Assembly (NCBI GenBank): GCA_951406725.2
Contig: OX597826.1
Span: 44,082,001 to 44,146,000, forward strand
Source of the DNA: Octopus vulgaris
Taxonomy: Eukaryota
DNA length: 64,000 nt
Direction of reading: 5' to 3'
Both the position numbers and the translations under genes were made by a program. Of the stretch, positions 13,441 through 26,390 are shown in pieces; position 1 is the first letter of the stretch; the number at the start of each line of letters is the position of its first letter. Below the pieces are notes generated by a model, which worked only from the letters and a program-made list of their open reading frames with translations, searched no databases and had not been told where the DNA came from.

Positions 13441-13506
<66 letters not shown>

Positions 13507-13626
13507 TGATAAAACGAATGATTTACACATAGTAGCTTACTGGTAAAGCACAGTTAATTTCACAGTATTCGTTATGTATATGGTAAATGAACGACGGAAG
13601 CTGCAATATGCGAGAATTTATTATTA

Positions 13627-13732
13627 ATCACGACAGTTATTTCGACACATCTGGCATCGATCCCTCACGGATGGAACACTTAACAACTGGTTCAGGAGCA
13701 TCCGGCGGTGCAGATGTGTCTCATTGGGTGAT
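13627..13732 (-). ncRNA. Degenerate type I hammerhead ribozyme motif
   Basis: Minus strand: ATCAC CCAATGA GACACATCT..loop..AGATGTGTC GAAA TAACT GTC GTGAT. Stem I ATCAC/GTGAT, perfect 9-bp stem II, GAAA and a GUC triplet; CUGAUGA core and 15.2-16.2 pair are mutated. Confidence 0.55.
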
Positions 13733-14563
13733 AAACAGACACAACTCGTTAAAATGACAGTTCCGCAGTGTATCTTCTCATTTCGTAGAAAAAAAAGCAG
13801 TAAAACGAAAGAAATATCTTCATGTACATAACATAGAAAATCAAAAATAAAATCACAAATGCAAAAAAGAAACGAACACACAATACAGCGAGAAAAACTA
13901 TCAAAATCAACAGTTAACAAATATGTATGTATAAACGTCCTCGCGCAAGCTGCATGGCGAGTTTATATTCACTCCTCAAAAATGTAAGCATACTTACACG
14001 TGAGGTTTGGTGTACTCATGATCACAAAGCGAGTTAAATAGCTATTTGCTGTTTATAAGAATGGGGAGGTTAAAGCTAAACTTAATTATGTTAAAAGTAA
14101 AAGTAAAAATATGTTAAAAGTTACTTAAATTCATTCCCGGTGCATTGTACGTTTAAATGCTTGTAGGCATTTTGAGAGCCTTTCAAAAATTTTATTTATG
14201 ATATTCTCAGTGGCCCACAGAATAAACAGGGATTCCTCGGAGCAGAGACGGCGTCTCCTTGAAATGATATTGTATGGTTAGGCGCGCCTTACTATGGCCC
14301 AAATTATGTTGTACCTAATGTTATACTCCTTCAGTCGCCATTACAAAATCGACCAAATATGTTGAATATCTCTTATTGATTCTCTTAAAGCTGGTGGCAT
14401 GGTTACGATAACGATTCTTAAACGAATCAGCCGTCTGACCAACGTAAACATACGACACTCTCCTTTGTGCACGGTACATTTATATACAAGCTTTGTACTC
14501 ATACAGAGGTCCATCAATGGGCATTTTCATATTTCTCTGCATGAGCATTTGTCATATATATTT

Positions 14564-14669
14564 TTCATCCGCTGAGACACATCTGCACTGCTGGATGCTC
14601 CTGAACTAGTTGTTAAGTGTCCCACCTATGAGGGATGGATACTAGATGTGTCGAAACAATTGCTATGAT
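14564..14669 (+). ncRNA. Degenerate type I hammerhead ribozyme motif
   Basis: TTCAT CCGCTGA GACACATCT..AGATGTGTC GAAA CAATTG CT ATGAT. Palindromic minimal stem III CAATTG; core and cleavage triplet are mutated. Confidence 0.5.
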
Positions 14670-17600
14670 TAAAAATAAATTCTCGTATATTCCATCTTTT
14701 GTTTTTCATTTATCATACACACACACACACACACACACATATAAAGTTAAATATAAGATAAAATCTATATAAGAATTTATCAAGTAGCCAGTGTGAAAGC
14801 CATATAAGGGAAAACTTTATAATTATTTCCTTTAAATATATTTATTATATTAAAAGAGTTCCTACACATATGTCTTGATTATGCCTACACTGACGATTAG
14901 AAAATGGATTATGTACACTAACTATGAAATCATATGATTTGCGGCTGAATCTGTTTTTAAGGGTCAGCTTCCAAGTTGCATTCCCTCGCTGCCGGTACAT
15001 ATATATATATACAGACACACACATAAACACACAAATATGTATGTATGTATACAACCCTTCACGATAACAGCAACCTAAAGATATTAGAGTATGTTCAGCC
15101 TTAGATTTCACCTAAATGAAAAGTAATAATAGCTTCAGTTTTAGTATTGATCAATTACGAAATAGCTTACACACTGTGATTTGCTATTAGAAAATGATGT
15201 AGTCAGTCATCTACTTGAATATATTTAATGTGCATTTAAGTCCTGAACTTCAATAATTTAGTCTACCTCCTACAAAATATAATTCCTCCATCTATACGTA
15301 AATTGCAACGTATGCATAAGTGTAAAGTATGTTATGGAAAGACGTTCTCAACAAAATAACTCACAATAGATACATTAAACATAATTTGCACGAACAAGGT
15401 CATGTCGCAATTATTATGGGCTTTTACATGATAAAATGCGCTTCTCTAATCGTTCGGCATTTTTATTCTGGTCATTCATTGAATTCATGCTATTTCAAAT
15501 GTATGCAATTACTTAGATGGGTCACTGCATTTCTAAAAGAGCGAAATATAATTCGATGTATTCGGCTTTACATTTAGTCCTGTCAATTTATTCAGTCCGC
15601 CACTGAAGAAATAGTGCCAGGATTTTACTACAGTGATATGCTGTTGGTGTTTCGTTAACAAATACAGTTCTTCTACACAGGATTTTGCTTGTAAAATGCT
15701 TACCCTCAAAATTTTAAAAAGTACAATTTTTCTTTTCAACAAGATATAAAACATGAATCAGACAATTTTTAGAAGCTAATTGATGAAGTCTAACAATTCT
15801 TATATTCATGTATAATAACTTACATTATAATCATAAATCCTTTTCAACTGACAATAATCTTTTGATATGATGCTTTGTTTCATATAAGATGAATTAAATC
15901 TATTTCTTACGTTACCCATTGAGATAGAAGCACCTAATTAATCTTTAAAGAATTCATTAGGCGCGACACAGTACTGTTTAGTGACTAAGTCTTAACGTGT
16001 TATTTCGCTAGAATCTGTTATTAACTTTCTCTCTGTAAAATACTATTTAAACACATTATTTATATTATTTGTTATAAACGTTTTCATACAAAGGATCATT
16101 ATCATCATTATCTCACAATTATTGCATAATTATTATATTATTTTCTCAATAGGTGGTGTATATTTAATGTCTCCTGTATATTTGGCCATAAGTTTAGTTT
16201 TGATATATTACGCAATGTTGAAACAAACATAAAAAGCAGGATATTTTTTGTGGTTGGCTTCAACCATAACATATTAAGTTGCTATATTTATTGACAAATT
16301 ACGCTACAGCTCTCAACCAACTCCATCACAGACACACACGCATTTGGATCCACTCTCTCTTACACATACGCATTTATACACATACAGGTGTATGTGTATA
16401 TTAGTGCTACATATACGTCCATGCATGTGTGTGTTATGAAATTCAACGCATAGTTGAGCACTCTATCCGTTAAGAGAGTAAAAATATTATTATTAAGAAA
16501 AGCAACACATACCAAAAAAAAAAAAATAATAACCTTGCAAAATTTGGTTGCCCAGGATTTCTTTCCTCGAATATTAAATTCATTTCGCCATTTTTCAAGG
16601 TGGTAATATCAACAAGGCTGTTTAGTAAGTGCATACGAGTTAAGAGAAGTTGAAACGAATATGCAAAGTTTGAAAGAGAGAAAGAGAAAGAGAGAGAAAG
16701 AGAAAGGGGGAGAGAGAAAGACAGCTAGAGGAAGAGAGAGAGAAAGGGAGAGCGAGAGCGATGGAGAGAGAGAACGATCAAGGGAAAGAAAATCATCGAA
16801 CAGCAAATGTAGACAGTTGCTTAAGAGAGGCAAAAAATTTCCTTAACCAACACTGGATTGGTTTACGGTCCATCTGATGACTTGTCTTTAGTATTTGCTA
16901 CAAGTATTCTTTGAGAAATGCCGATATAAGTTGGAAACACAAAATCAAGGTTCAATTGTTGGAAGATGCATAACTAAAAAATGTCAACTTTTGAAATGGA
17001 GAAAAATCTTGAATATTTTTATTCTTCCACTTACAGTTTCTGTTTGTGTATTTGTGTATGTGTGGGTGTACACATATGCGTTTACAAACAAATATGCTAA
17101 GTATATTTCTGATATGATGCTAATTTTTTCCTGTACTGATAATCGCTTCAGTGAACAATGTAGCTCCCCATCACAATATATATTCCATATAAAGTACCTT
17201 ATCCTCGGTGAAGTATGAAATAAACTCTTGAAATTTCTCTAAGGTATGATACACATATATAATTGTTTATTCTTTGCAACATGGAAGGTAAATTATTCTG
17301 GTCTTGCTTGAAATCATTTATGATGATGTTGAACTCTCAATCAGCATTAAGTAAATGCAACATGATTGCCGAGTCTTATTCCCCTTTGCTTTAAAATCGA
17401 TTTTTAAGTAGCTAGCTACACTAGTAGAAATATATTGACAAGGTCTTTCATAGATGACTTGTATTAAATGTGCTCCCATCGAAATTATTGGAAAATACTG
17501 GAAATATTTTTTAATTTGCTTTTGCTTTTCTGGAAGGAATATATGAAATATTAACAAATAAATAAATAAATAAATAAATAAAAAGGAAATGAATTAATGA

Positions 17601-18730
17601 ACATTACTTGCTTCTTCATTTTTATAGAAATAATAATTATTATAACGAAGCTACAATACAATGAAATGGTTACTATAATGAAAATGTGTGAAGCAAAACC
17701 ATTCCGAAAGTTATTTTGAAATTCTTCTCGACAATTATATGGCGGTAACACCGACAGAATTTAATTTAAATTAATATCAGCGCAGTAAGGTTTCGCTGTA
17801 TATTTGAATTTTAATCAATTTTATAAGCTTAAAAACATGACAAATCATCAAAACTGTTCATTAAAATTAAATAAGCACCATCAGATGTTAAGCGAAAGCA
17901 ATTGAAGCTGAAGATAAGGCAAAAAAGAATTTAAATAGAAAGAAAATGAAAACTAATAAATTTATTAGCAGGTAGGAAGTTAAAAAATACCAGGATCCTA
18001 TTAATCACGGAGAGAAAATATCTAATGTTCAGTGATATTATACATTAGTGAATATTTTAAATATGCGTTTTTAAAAAAATCACTACATATTACAAGTATT
18101 TCCATCGTTGATTTGAAACTCAAAACTAAATTGAATTACAGAATATCTGAATTTCATTAAAACTCTATGAAGGACCCTTTATGCGTTAAAACAAAGGTTA
18201 AAAACCCAAAACACACAGCTCTTTCATCGTCGAGAGTGGTTTCTGTAACATGAGATAGTGCATTGGGTTGGACAGCCAACGGCTTTTATTCTACTACTGG
18301 TTGGTACAGTCGGTCTCTGACAATAGCACGTATCTCGTAATTAATGAATAATGTTTAGTTAGTTTACAGGCATAGCAAACCGCGCTAATGTATCACCAAT
18401 TAAATAATTATACAGAGACGAAACGGTATATTAAGTGGTGTTTGTGGACATTAGTTAAGCTGTTGTAAAGGTGGCATTAACAAACAAGAGGTTATTGCGA
18501 TAGAATAAATATTTTATTAAAGACAAGAATTTTAAATATGATATTCTCGCAGAGACTGCTAATATGTTGGATGTCGTGTTAAAAGAGTAAAATTTGCATT
18601 AATATCTCGGTGAAATATCATTCAATGATTGAGCAGTCTCTGTAGTACACTTAGTATTCTGATGAACGTTCTCAGCACAGCAAGTAGCATTCTAAGACGC
18701 TATGTGTATGTATTAAAAATGTTATAAGTA

Positions 18731-19123
18731 CTAGCAGCATCACCCGGCGTTGCTCAGATTTGTTTCGACCCTTTACTTTAGAATTGAAATTTTTGAAAAG
18801 TAGAAATTTTGCATTATGTAGCTTGTTATTCTCTTTAAGTGAACATTTTTCTGGTTGAAATACACCGAAAAATAACGACCCAGCAGTCAAAAAATCCTAA
18901 AAAATTAGGGATTTTCATAGAAAAAAAGCACTTTTTTATGTAAATAATTTTTGATCTTAACATGATCCAATTTGAATTTTATCTTCTGCGGAATAAAGAG
19001 CAAGCCTTCTTCTATCATACTCTCAATTTTGGTCAACTTGTGCCGCAGGGTCTCGGAGGAGATAGTATTAGTTGAAGGCTACCAAACCTACCACACACAA
19101 CTTCAGCTTTATATAGAGAGAGA
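18731..19123 (-). mobile_element. Apparently complete non-autonomous Helitron (393 bp)
   Basis: Minus strand: A|TCTCTCTCTATATAAAGC ... CTGAGCAACGCCGGG (subterminal hairpin) TGATGCTG CTAG|T. TC...CTAG termini, A/T insertion site and no TSD. Confidence 0.85.
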
Positions 19124-20367
19124 TTGACTAAACAATGGCAGCTGAGTACAGTAGAATTCATTGGCAGTTGAGAAGTAGCATAATTCAAATATCGTACGAG
19201 ACAAAATCAGTGACTTAATATATTCTATATTGAAGAAAGAAAGATTGATATGAAAATAATAATTACGATTTTAATGATAATGATAAGATTTAGAGATTTT
19301 ATTTGGCAATGGGGGTGGAAAACGATTAAGAGCAAACTAAAACGCTGGAAACGAGCTGTGGTGAAATATAAGCGGTATTAATGATATAAATATTCATGAT
19401 ACAAGGTTAAAATATTCGGCCGCAACTTGATGTCATTGCTATCGTTAACCAGAATCTGCAAATATGATTGGTTATTATTTATATTCCTCTTTGTTTTCGG
19501 TCATTTAAATTTATTCTTTGTTTGCTTCTTTCTAAATTGATATCTCTGGTTAGAGTTTTTATTTTTATTTTTATTTTTTTTACAAGCTTATTGATCTAAT
19601 CGATAAGAACATTCACATGCGTTAATGATTGTTAATTATTTTGGTGCGGGGTCTTAATTATTCAAATTTTTTTTGCGAAGGGAAAATAACTATATTCTGA
19701 CATCTGCTTATTATTCTTTCGGCTCAGTATAGAAAGAAGTTCCATTTAAATGACGCAGATGGTTGCTTTTCTTCAAAACATTTTTCTATTTTCGTTTCTA
19801 CAAAGGTGTAGATGTGTCGCTTTCACACTTACCCTTGCTTATATCTTGAAATTATCGAAAAAGCCATGAAATTTAGTTTATTGACTTTCACTGTTTCAAT
19901 GATAAGAAACCTAAAATGAGTTAGGAGTGCCTAAAAAAAATCAATTATTTTCGTATGTCATTAAATCAACCTTTCATTTTGATGGCGAATGTAGTAAATA
20001 TTTTACAAGAATGGGAGATGTTTTCATTCACTGACAAATCGCATCTAATAATACATACTGTTAACTTTTACAATGATGTCTCACTATGAAATGAATAAAG
20101 TAGTGAATTAGCATATTCTCTCTGTTGGTGTTTGTATTTATCTGCGTATAAATAATCAAAAAGTTATATCGGCCAATAAATCAATGCAAAAATACCAACC
20201 GATCAATCGCAAAGCCTCTCACTTTTCCCCCACCTTTCTAGTTTTTGCTACATATTGCATACAGACACACAGACACACATAAACACAAAGGCATATATAA
20301 TTATACATATATAATAATATATATTTATGTGCGCATATACATGCATATAAATATATACATACATAAA

Positions 20368-20434
<67 letters not shown>

Positions 20435-21215
20435 GTTTATATACATATATATATATATATATATGTCTCTGCGTATGTATGAATATATTCATGGAAATGT
20501 GAGCCTATTCATTCACGCATACTTTTGTTATCTGTTACCACTTAATTGCAAAATATTGATAGTATGACGACACCGTTGGCAGAATATATAATCACCAGTA
20601 TGAATGCAAGGCTGTGATTCTCATAGAAAAAGCATTTTCGCTATATCTATTTCAATTTTAAAAAAAACCCGTACGACTAAAAACAATTTCATATCAAAGG
20701 GACCTAGAAATTAATATGGTACTTATCAGAAGTAGAGACAAAATAAATAAATAAATTATAAACAAATAATGAAATCAGCGTGACTTAATAATGTAGGTTT
20801 TTCTACTACAATCACATTTATGTTTGTCAAAAGCTCTTAATAAATTCATATTAATATGATTATAGACATTATTATCACCAATAACGTTACAATTAACAAC
20901 TTCAATCTCTATAAATTAATGTTTGCCTTTATCAATTTCACACGATTTTCTCGAATGTTACTTTGAAATAAGAAGGCAAGAAATCACACATTTATACAGA
21001 AATATAATGAAATTACATTGTTAAATCAGGCAATTGTGCCAACCGCAGACACTTCCGACAACTGTGCCAGCAACAAATTTGTAAGAGTTATGTATAAATT
21101 TAATCGTAATCTACATTATAGCAGCAGTGTGTTAACAAATATATGCAGTTAGAAAATATGACGAAAAAGTTACGAATTATTGAAATTGATATGAAATTTA
21201 TAAGAAATGTAAATA

Positions 21216-21578
21216 CCATATTTGATGGCCTATGAGACGCATACCCCCCACCTTTTTTTTTTACCCCAAAATGACTTCAAAATTCCTCCTGCGTCGAATG
21301 CACTCTATGTAGGCTCAAAACTTGCCTACGGTATTTATGTTTACAAAACGTGTGCTGCCATCTATTGGTGAACATCTGTTGGTGAAGAATCGCCTACGGT
21401 ATGTTTATATCGAGTGTGGATGCAATAAATCGCTTATAATTACTGTTAAAAGCATAAAGTTATACAGGTAAATGGAAGAATTAAAACATTATTTTAGTGG
21501 TAATCTATTTTACAAACGTATAACCTAGACTAGGGTGCGTCCTATGCACTCCTGCGTCTTGCAGGCCATCAAATACGG
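21216..21578. mobile_element. pogo/Tc1-mariner-type MITE
   Basis: TIRs TA|CCATATTTGATGGCCTATGAGACGCA ... TGCGTCTTGCAGGCCATCAAATACGG|CA (decayed TA TSD); no coding capacity. Confidence 0.8.
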
Positions 21579-22786
21579 CACTTCGTACAAACAGTAAATC
21601 ACTGATTTAGGAAATTCGATCCATTACCTGAAGATGAAATCGCCTGTTGTATGGCAGGTTTTTAAATACTATATGAGGAGGTAAACCCTCTAAAGCCTAT
21701 TGATAACATCATAAAATACAGTTACATATAAATTATTCAAGTGAAAAATGGACGAGCTGCAAAACCGGCTTGCCGGAAACTATCAAGCAATATACGGAGT
21801 AGGCATAAACTAGAAGTTATCAAACAAATGTTAATCTATGGACGGAAAGCACCGAATAAAGGTGAAGTATCTGAAATCTATCTCACAATAGTCCACATGG
21901 AAATTTATTTTGCCATCCATGTAATGTTTTATTAATTCTAATGTAAATGTTACTAGATATTGTAAACGTTTTGAATTATTATAATAAATCAAAGCGCGTG
22001 GTTTTGTGGTAAGTTATGAAACAACCATCCCAGATTTCAGCAGTATGGTGTTTTGTTTTTGTGTAGTTAAGACACTTTACAAATTACCCGGTTCTTCAGG
22101 CTATAAATGTATAGCATTTAGAAGGAGCAACTCTCAAAAGCAGTGGTTTTGAACCATTTTTTCTTCTTTATTGCCTATGGAACACTATGATTCTTATTTT
22201 ACCTTAGTGGATCTTCGCTCGCAGCAATTTGATACTTAAAAAAAAATCCTATTAGAGTTTTATAATTAAATTATTAGGAATTGGTTAAAGAACACTTATG
22301 CCAATTATGCTGTTTATTATATTCTATGAACATTTCCATGATGTATGGAACAGAACTGTGTTAAAATTGTGGACCAGCATTTTACTCCATCCTTCGGATG
22401 ACTTATGTCAATAACCATATCTTGTTAAACGTTGAACTTCATACCTCTCACGTGGATATGTTTCCCTTCCCACCTGCAAACAATGAGATATGTCTTTCTT
22501 TATACCTAGAATAATATCTCGAAATACAGGATTCAACGGATTGTGTTTTGTATATATTTGTCTTACCTTTCTCGATTGAAAATTATTCCGTTCTGTATTC
22601 TCATATTTTCAAGAATAATGATATCAGTACGCTGGTAGACAGGAATCCATCATCACCCTTAAAATTCTGTATTGACCTACAAATATTGTCTATTCAGCCT
22701 TCTTGTTTATACGTATGAGTTGTGTGTATATGTGTATACAGAGGCACACATACATAAATATATACATACATACATACATACATACA

Positions 22787-22817
<31 letters not shown>

Positions 22818-22865
22818 GTGTGTGCCCCAGCATGGCCACAGCTCGTGAGCTGAAACTAGATGAAA

Positions 22866-23270
22866 TAGGAGTGGCTGTGTGGTAAGTAGCTTGCTTACCA
22901 ACCACATGGTTCCTGGTTCTGTCCCACTGCGTGGCACCTTGGGCAAGTGTCTTCTACTATAGCCTCGGGCCAACCAAAGCCTTGTGAGTGGATTTGGTAG
23001 ACGGAAACTGAAAGAAGCACGTCGTATATATGTATATATATATGCGTGTGAGTGTTTGTGCATCTGTGTTTATCCCCCTAGCATTGCTTGACAACTGATG
23101 CTGGTTTGTTTATGTCCCCGTTACTTAGCGGTTCGGCAAAAGAGACCGATAGAATAAGTACTGGGATTACAAAAGAATAAGTCCCGGGGTCGAGTTGCTC
23201 GATTAAAGGCGGTGCTCCAGCATGGCCGCAGTCAAATGACTGAAACAAGTAAAAGAGTAAAAGAGAGAGA
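22866..23270 (+). mobile_element. SINE family C (tRNA-like head, internal microsatellite, GAGTAAAA tail)
   Basis: AGGAGTGGCTGTGTGGTAAGTAGCTTGCTTACC ... GACGGAAACTGAAAGAAG (TA/TG)n ... GGTGCTCCAGCATGGCCGCAGTCAAATGACTGAAACAAGTAAAAGAG; matches 52090-52581 on the other strand. An older tail fragment precedes it at 22822-22865. Confidence 0.9.
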
Positions 23271-23632
23271 GATATTTGTATGTGCGTGTGCGTGTGTATG
23301 TGTGTGCGTATACGTCAACATTGCGTGCATTATTTCAAACTTCTGATGCTGTATTTTTAGCCTCTGTACTTATTACTGCCTTTCACGTTACACACGTATT
23401 ATTGTCACTCAGGCCACTGATAATCTAGCTTCAGTCTTTTGGTCTTGTTACCCAATTCTTAGTGTACTCTTCTCTCGTATTACTTCTCTCTCCGCACGTT
23501 ATTCAAACATAGGCATCCAGTAGTGTTTCACGCATACTTCTTTTCGTCCATTCAACGAAGACCTTTACTCGAAAATTCAACATCATGAATTTATAATGAC
23601 ATTCTTCAAATTCGAGTGACTTCTGTATTATA

Positions 23633-24841
23633 CAAGAGTGTGCTGAAAAGTTTCTGGCTTTGGGTAATAAAAGACGAGCAGTTAATTATGATTTTATTCA
23701 GCATATCACATTTTTACATCCACTCGCATATTGCAGCGATCCTTCAGTTTTTCTAAGCCTTGTAAAAAGAACTCAGAAAATTGAGCCTACAACCAAGTCT
23801 CTGTAGCAGCGTTCACTTCTGAATCGGTGTGAAATTTCAATCCCTTGAGATGTTTCTTCTGTTGTGAAAAGAGGTGATAACCGGAAAGGACCAAGCCAAG
23901 AGAGTGGGTGGTTTCTAATTCCAAGTCAAGGTCACGTATTTTCCTTATAGTTTAATGTAGTGCGTGTGCTAGTGCACCATCCTTCAAAAACAGGACACTA
24001 CGCTTCACCTTTCCACGGAGATTCTACTTCAAATCTTCATGTTTCGTCCAACAGAAACATGCAGTATTCTGCGTAGATTGTGCGACCTTTTGGTAGGTAT
24101 TTTATGAGGAGTACTCCATCTTGGTTCCAGAACACTGAAATCGGAATCATTCCAGCTGACTTCTTAGTCTGAAACTTTTTAGGATACGGGTAACCGCTGT
24201 GGCACCACTCTGCTGATTGTTGCTCGGTCTGAGGATCACAAGTATGAAACTATGCTTCATCGATGGTGACTAAACGAGCCATAAAATCATCGTTTCCTGC
24301 TGCAAACAGGTACAAAATATCTTTTGATGTTGTCACTCTGATGCACTTTTAATCCGCGTTCAAGTATTTGGCACACACGTTGCGGAAATATTTCTCATAA
24401 CCAGAATGTTGTGGATGATGTGGCCAGGGTGTCAGCTATGACTTCAGTTAAAATCCGGCGGTCTTCGATAATATTGACGTGCACATCATCGTCTTTGTCC
24501 TTTTTGGTCGCAGAAGTTGGCCGTCCTGACCGATATCAATGCGTGACCACAAAATGACCAGTCCGAAACCTAGAAAGCCTAGATTTTCCACGTGGAATAA
24601 TATGGGCGATTATCCTTCAAGACTTCCTCCATTTCACCATGACACACGTATTTCAATTATTCAATTATACCAAAATCCAGTTTAAGATTTACTACCAAGC
24701 AAAAAAGAGAGAGTTATACTGTATACCATCATGATGTTTTGCATATCTCCTCCTAAATATTTGTCCTACCTCCCCTGTAAATGTAATCGCTCTACTCTTT
24801 CGCGATATCCTTAACGCCAGGAATGTTTCAGCATATCCTCG
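23633..24841 (-). mobile_element. Near full-length decayed mariner transposon
   Basis: TIRs TA|CAAGAGTGTGCTGAAAAGTTTCTGGC and GCCAGGAATGTTTCAGCATATCCTCG. Minus-strand remnants VTIDEA*FHTCDPQTEQQSAEWCHSGYPYPKK (cf. VTxDETW..YDPETK.QS.EW) and VLFLKDGALAH (cf. LFLQDNAPAH). Confidence 0.85.
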
Positions 24842-25444
24842 TTAACACTTCACATAAACTCAAACAGACCAATACAATGTATTTGCCACTTAAAATTCCG
24901 ATACTACTCAGATTCACAGTCGATGCGATTTAAGTAGTCTTCCATAACAAATAGTTTCTGGAAAATTGCAAACGTTTTATATCAGTTGTTTCACTTCCAC
25001 TACAATTGGTGATTTTTTCAACAATTATCGAAAACACCACGAACGAAAGAATACGTTTACTTTATATAAAGTGATTCGAAATTCATTCATATTTATGCAT
25101 TGATTTATACACTATTGGTTTATACATGTGTTGTTACATCTGTCAACGATCGGTAGAAGAAACTCCTATGCTGTAAGCGAAGAGAAGCTGGCATTTCTTT
25201 CGAAGACTTCAGTCGAATATTGGCAACGGTGTTCTTGTATTGGTTTCATGGGTGTTCGTGCTTGGCAGCTAATCATACTATTTCAAAATCGGTGCAGCAT
25301 CGAACATATGTACGGTATAGTATTTGGTTCCTTTATAACCTGGCAATGTCCTCATTCCTAGATCGAATCTGAGAGTCTTCTTTAAGCGATTGAGAGGACA
25401 AGTGCCAAGACACTTACGTGAGTGATATAATCGACCCAATACAC

Positions 25445-25487
<43 letters not shown>

Positions 25488-26132
25488 CACACACACACAC
25501 ACACACACACGAATTTAAGCTGGGATTTCATGGCAGCAATACAATTATTGAAACTGGTTAATTGTATAAATTAGTATTATATAAAATGAAAAGTAAATCT
25601 ATTCCCTTAGATTATTATTGATATTCATTTTATATATGTTGCATATTATCGATACATATTTGATAGAAGGAGATTATAACCGATGCATATTTGAGATTTA
25701 TATAAAACAAGGTCGAAATCTGTAGTATTTAAAATGAGAACGGATCGAAACTATGACCGTAACGCGTTTAATCAGACGTTGCACTGATTTCACGTAATCA
25801 TTACCCTCTTATATGAGTATTATATTCACATTAGATATTAATACAGGCATGAAAGCATGACATATAACGATTTTGATATTATTAATAACGATCTCATTAA
25901 TATAACTGTATGCTTTATCGATAAAGGAAAATATATATATATATATATCGATGATGTATACGTGTATATCGATATAGCTATTTATGTGACGATACATGAG
26001 AGAAACACATATACATAGATATGTCTAACTATAGAACACTCATAAACTCATATGTATATATATATACATTCACACACACATATATACATGCATGCATAGA
26101 TACATACACGTATATATATATATATGTATATA

Positions 26133-26201
<69 letters not shown>

Positions 26202-26318
26202 ATATATACATATAGTTACCTATATTTACAGATATGTTATATATATATATATATACTTACATATAGGGACATACCATCTCTCTCTTCCTTTCTTTCTTTT
26301 GCTCTCTCTCTTTCTTTC

Positions 26319-26390
<72 letters not shown>

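Larger units (their letters stand above)
13576..14720. mobile_element. ~1.15-kb element with ~155-bp terminal inverted repeats, each holding a hammerhead motif (Penelope-like inverted pLTR structure)
   Basis: 13576-13732 is the diverged reverse complement of 14564-14720. The ~830-bp interior has no long ORF. Confidence 0.75.
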
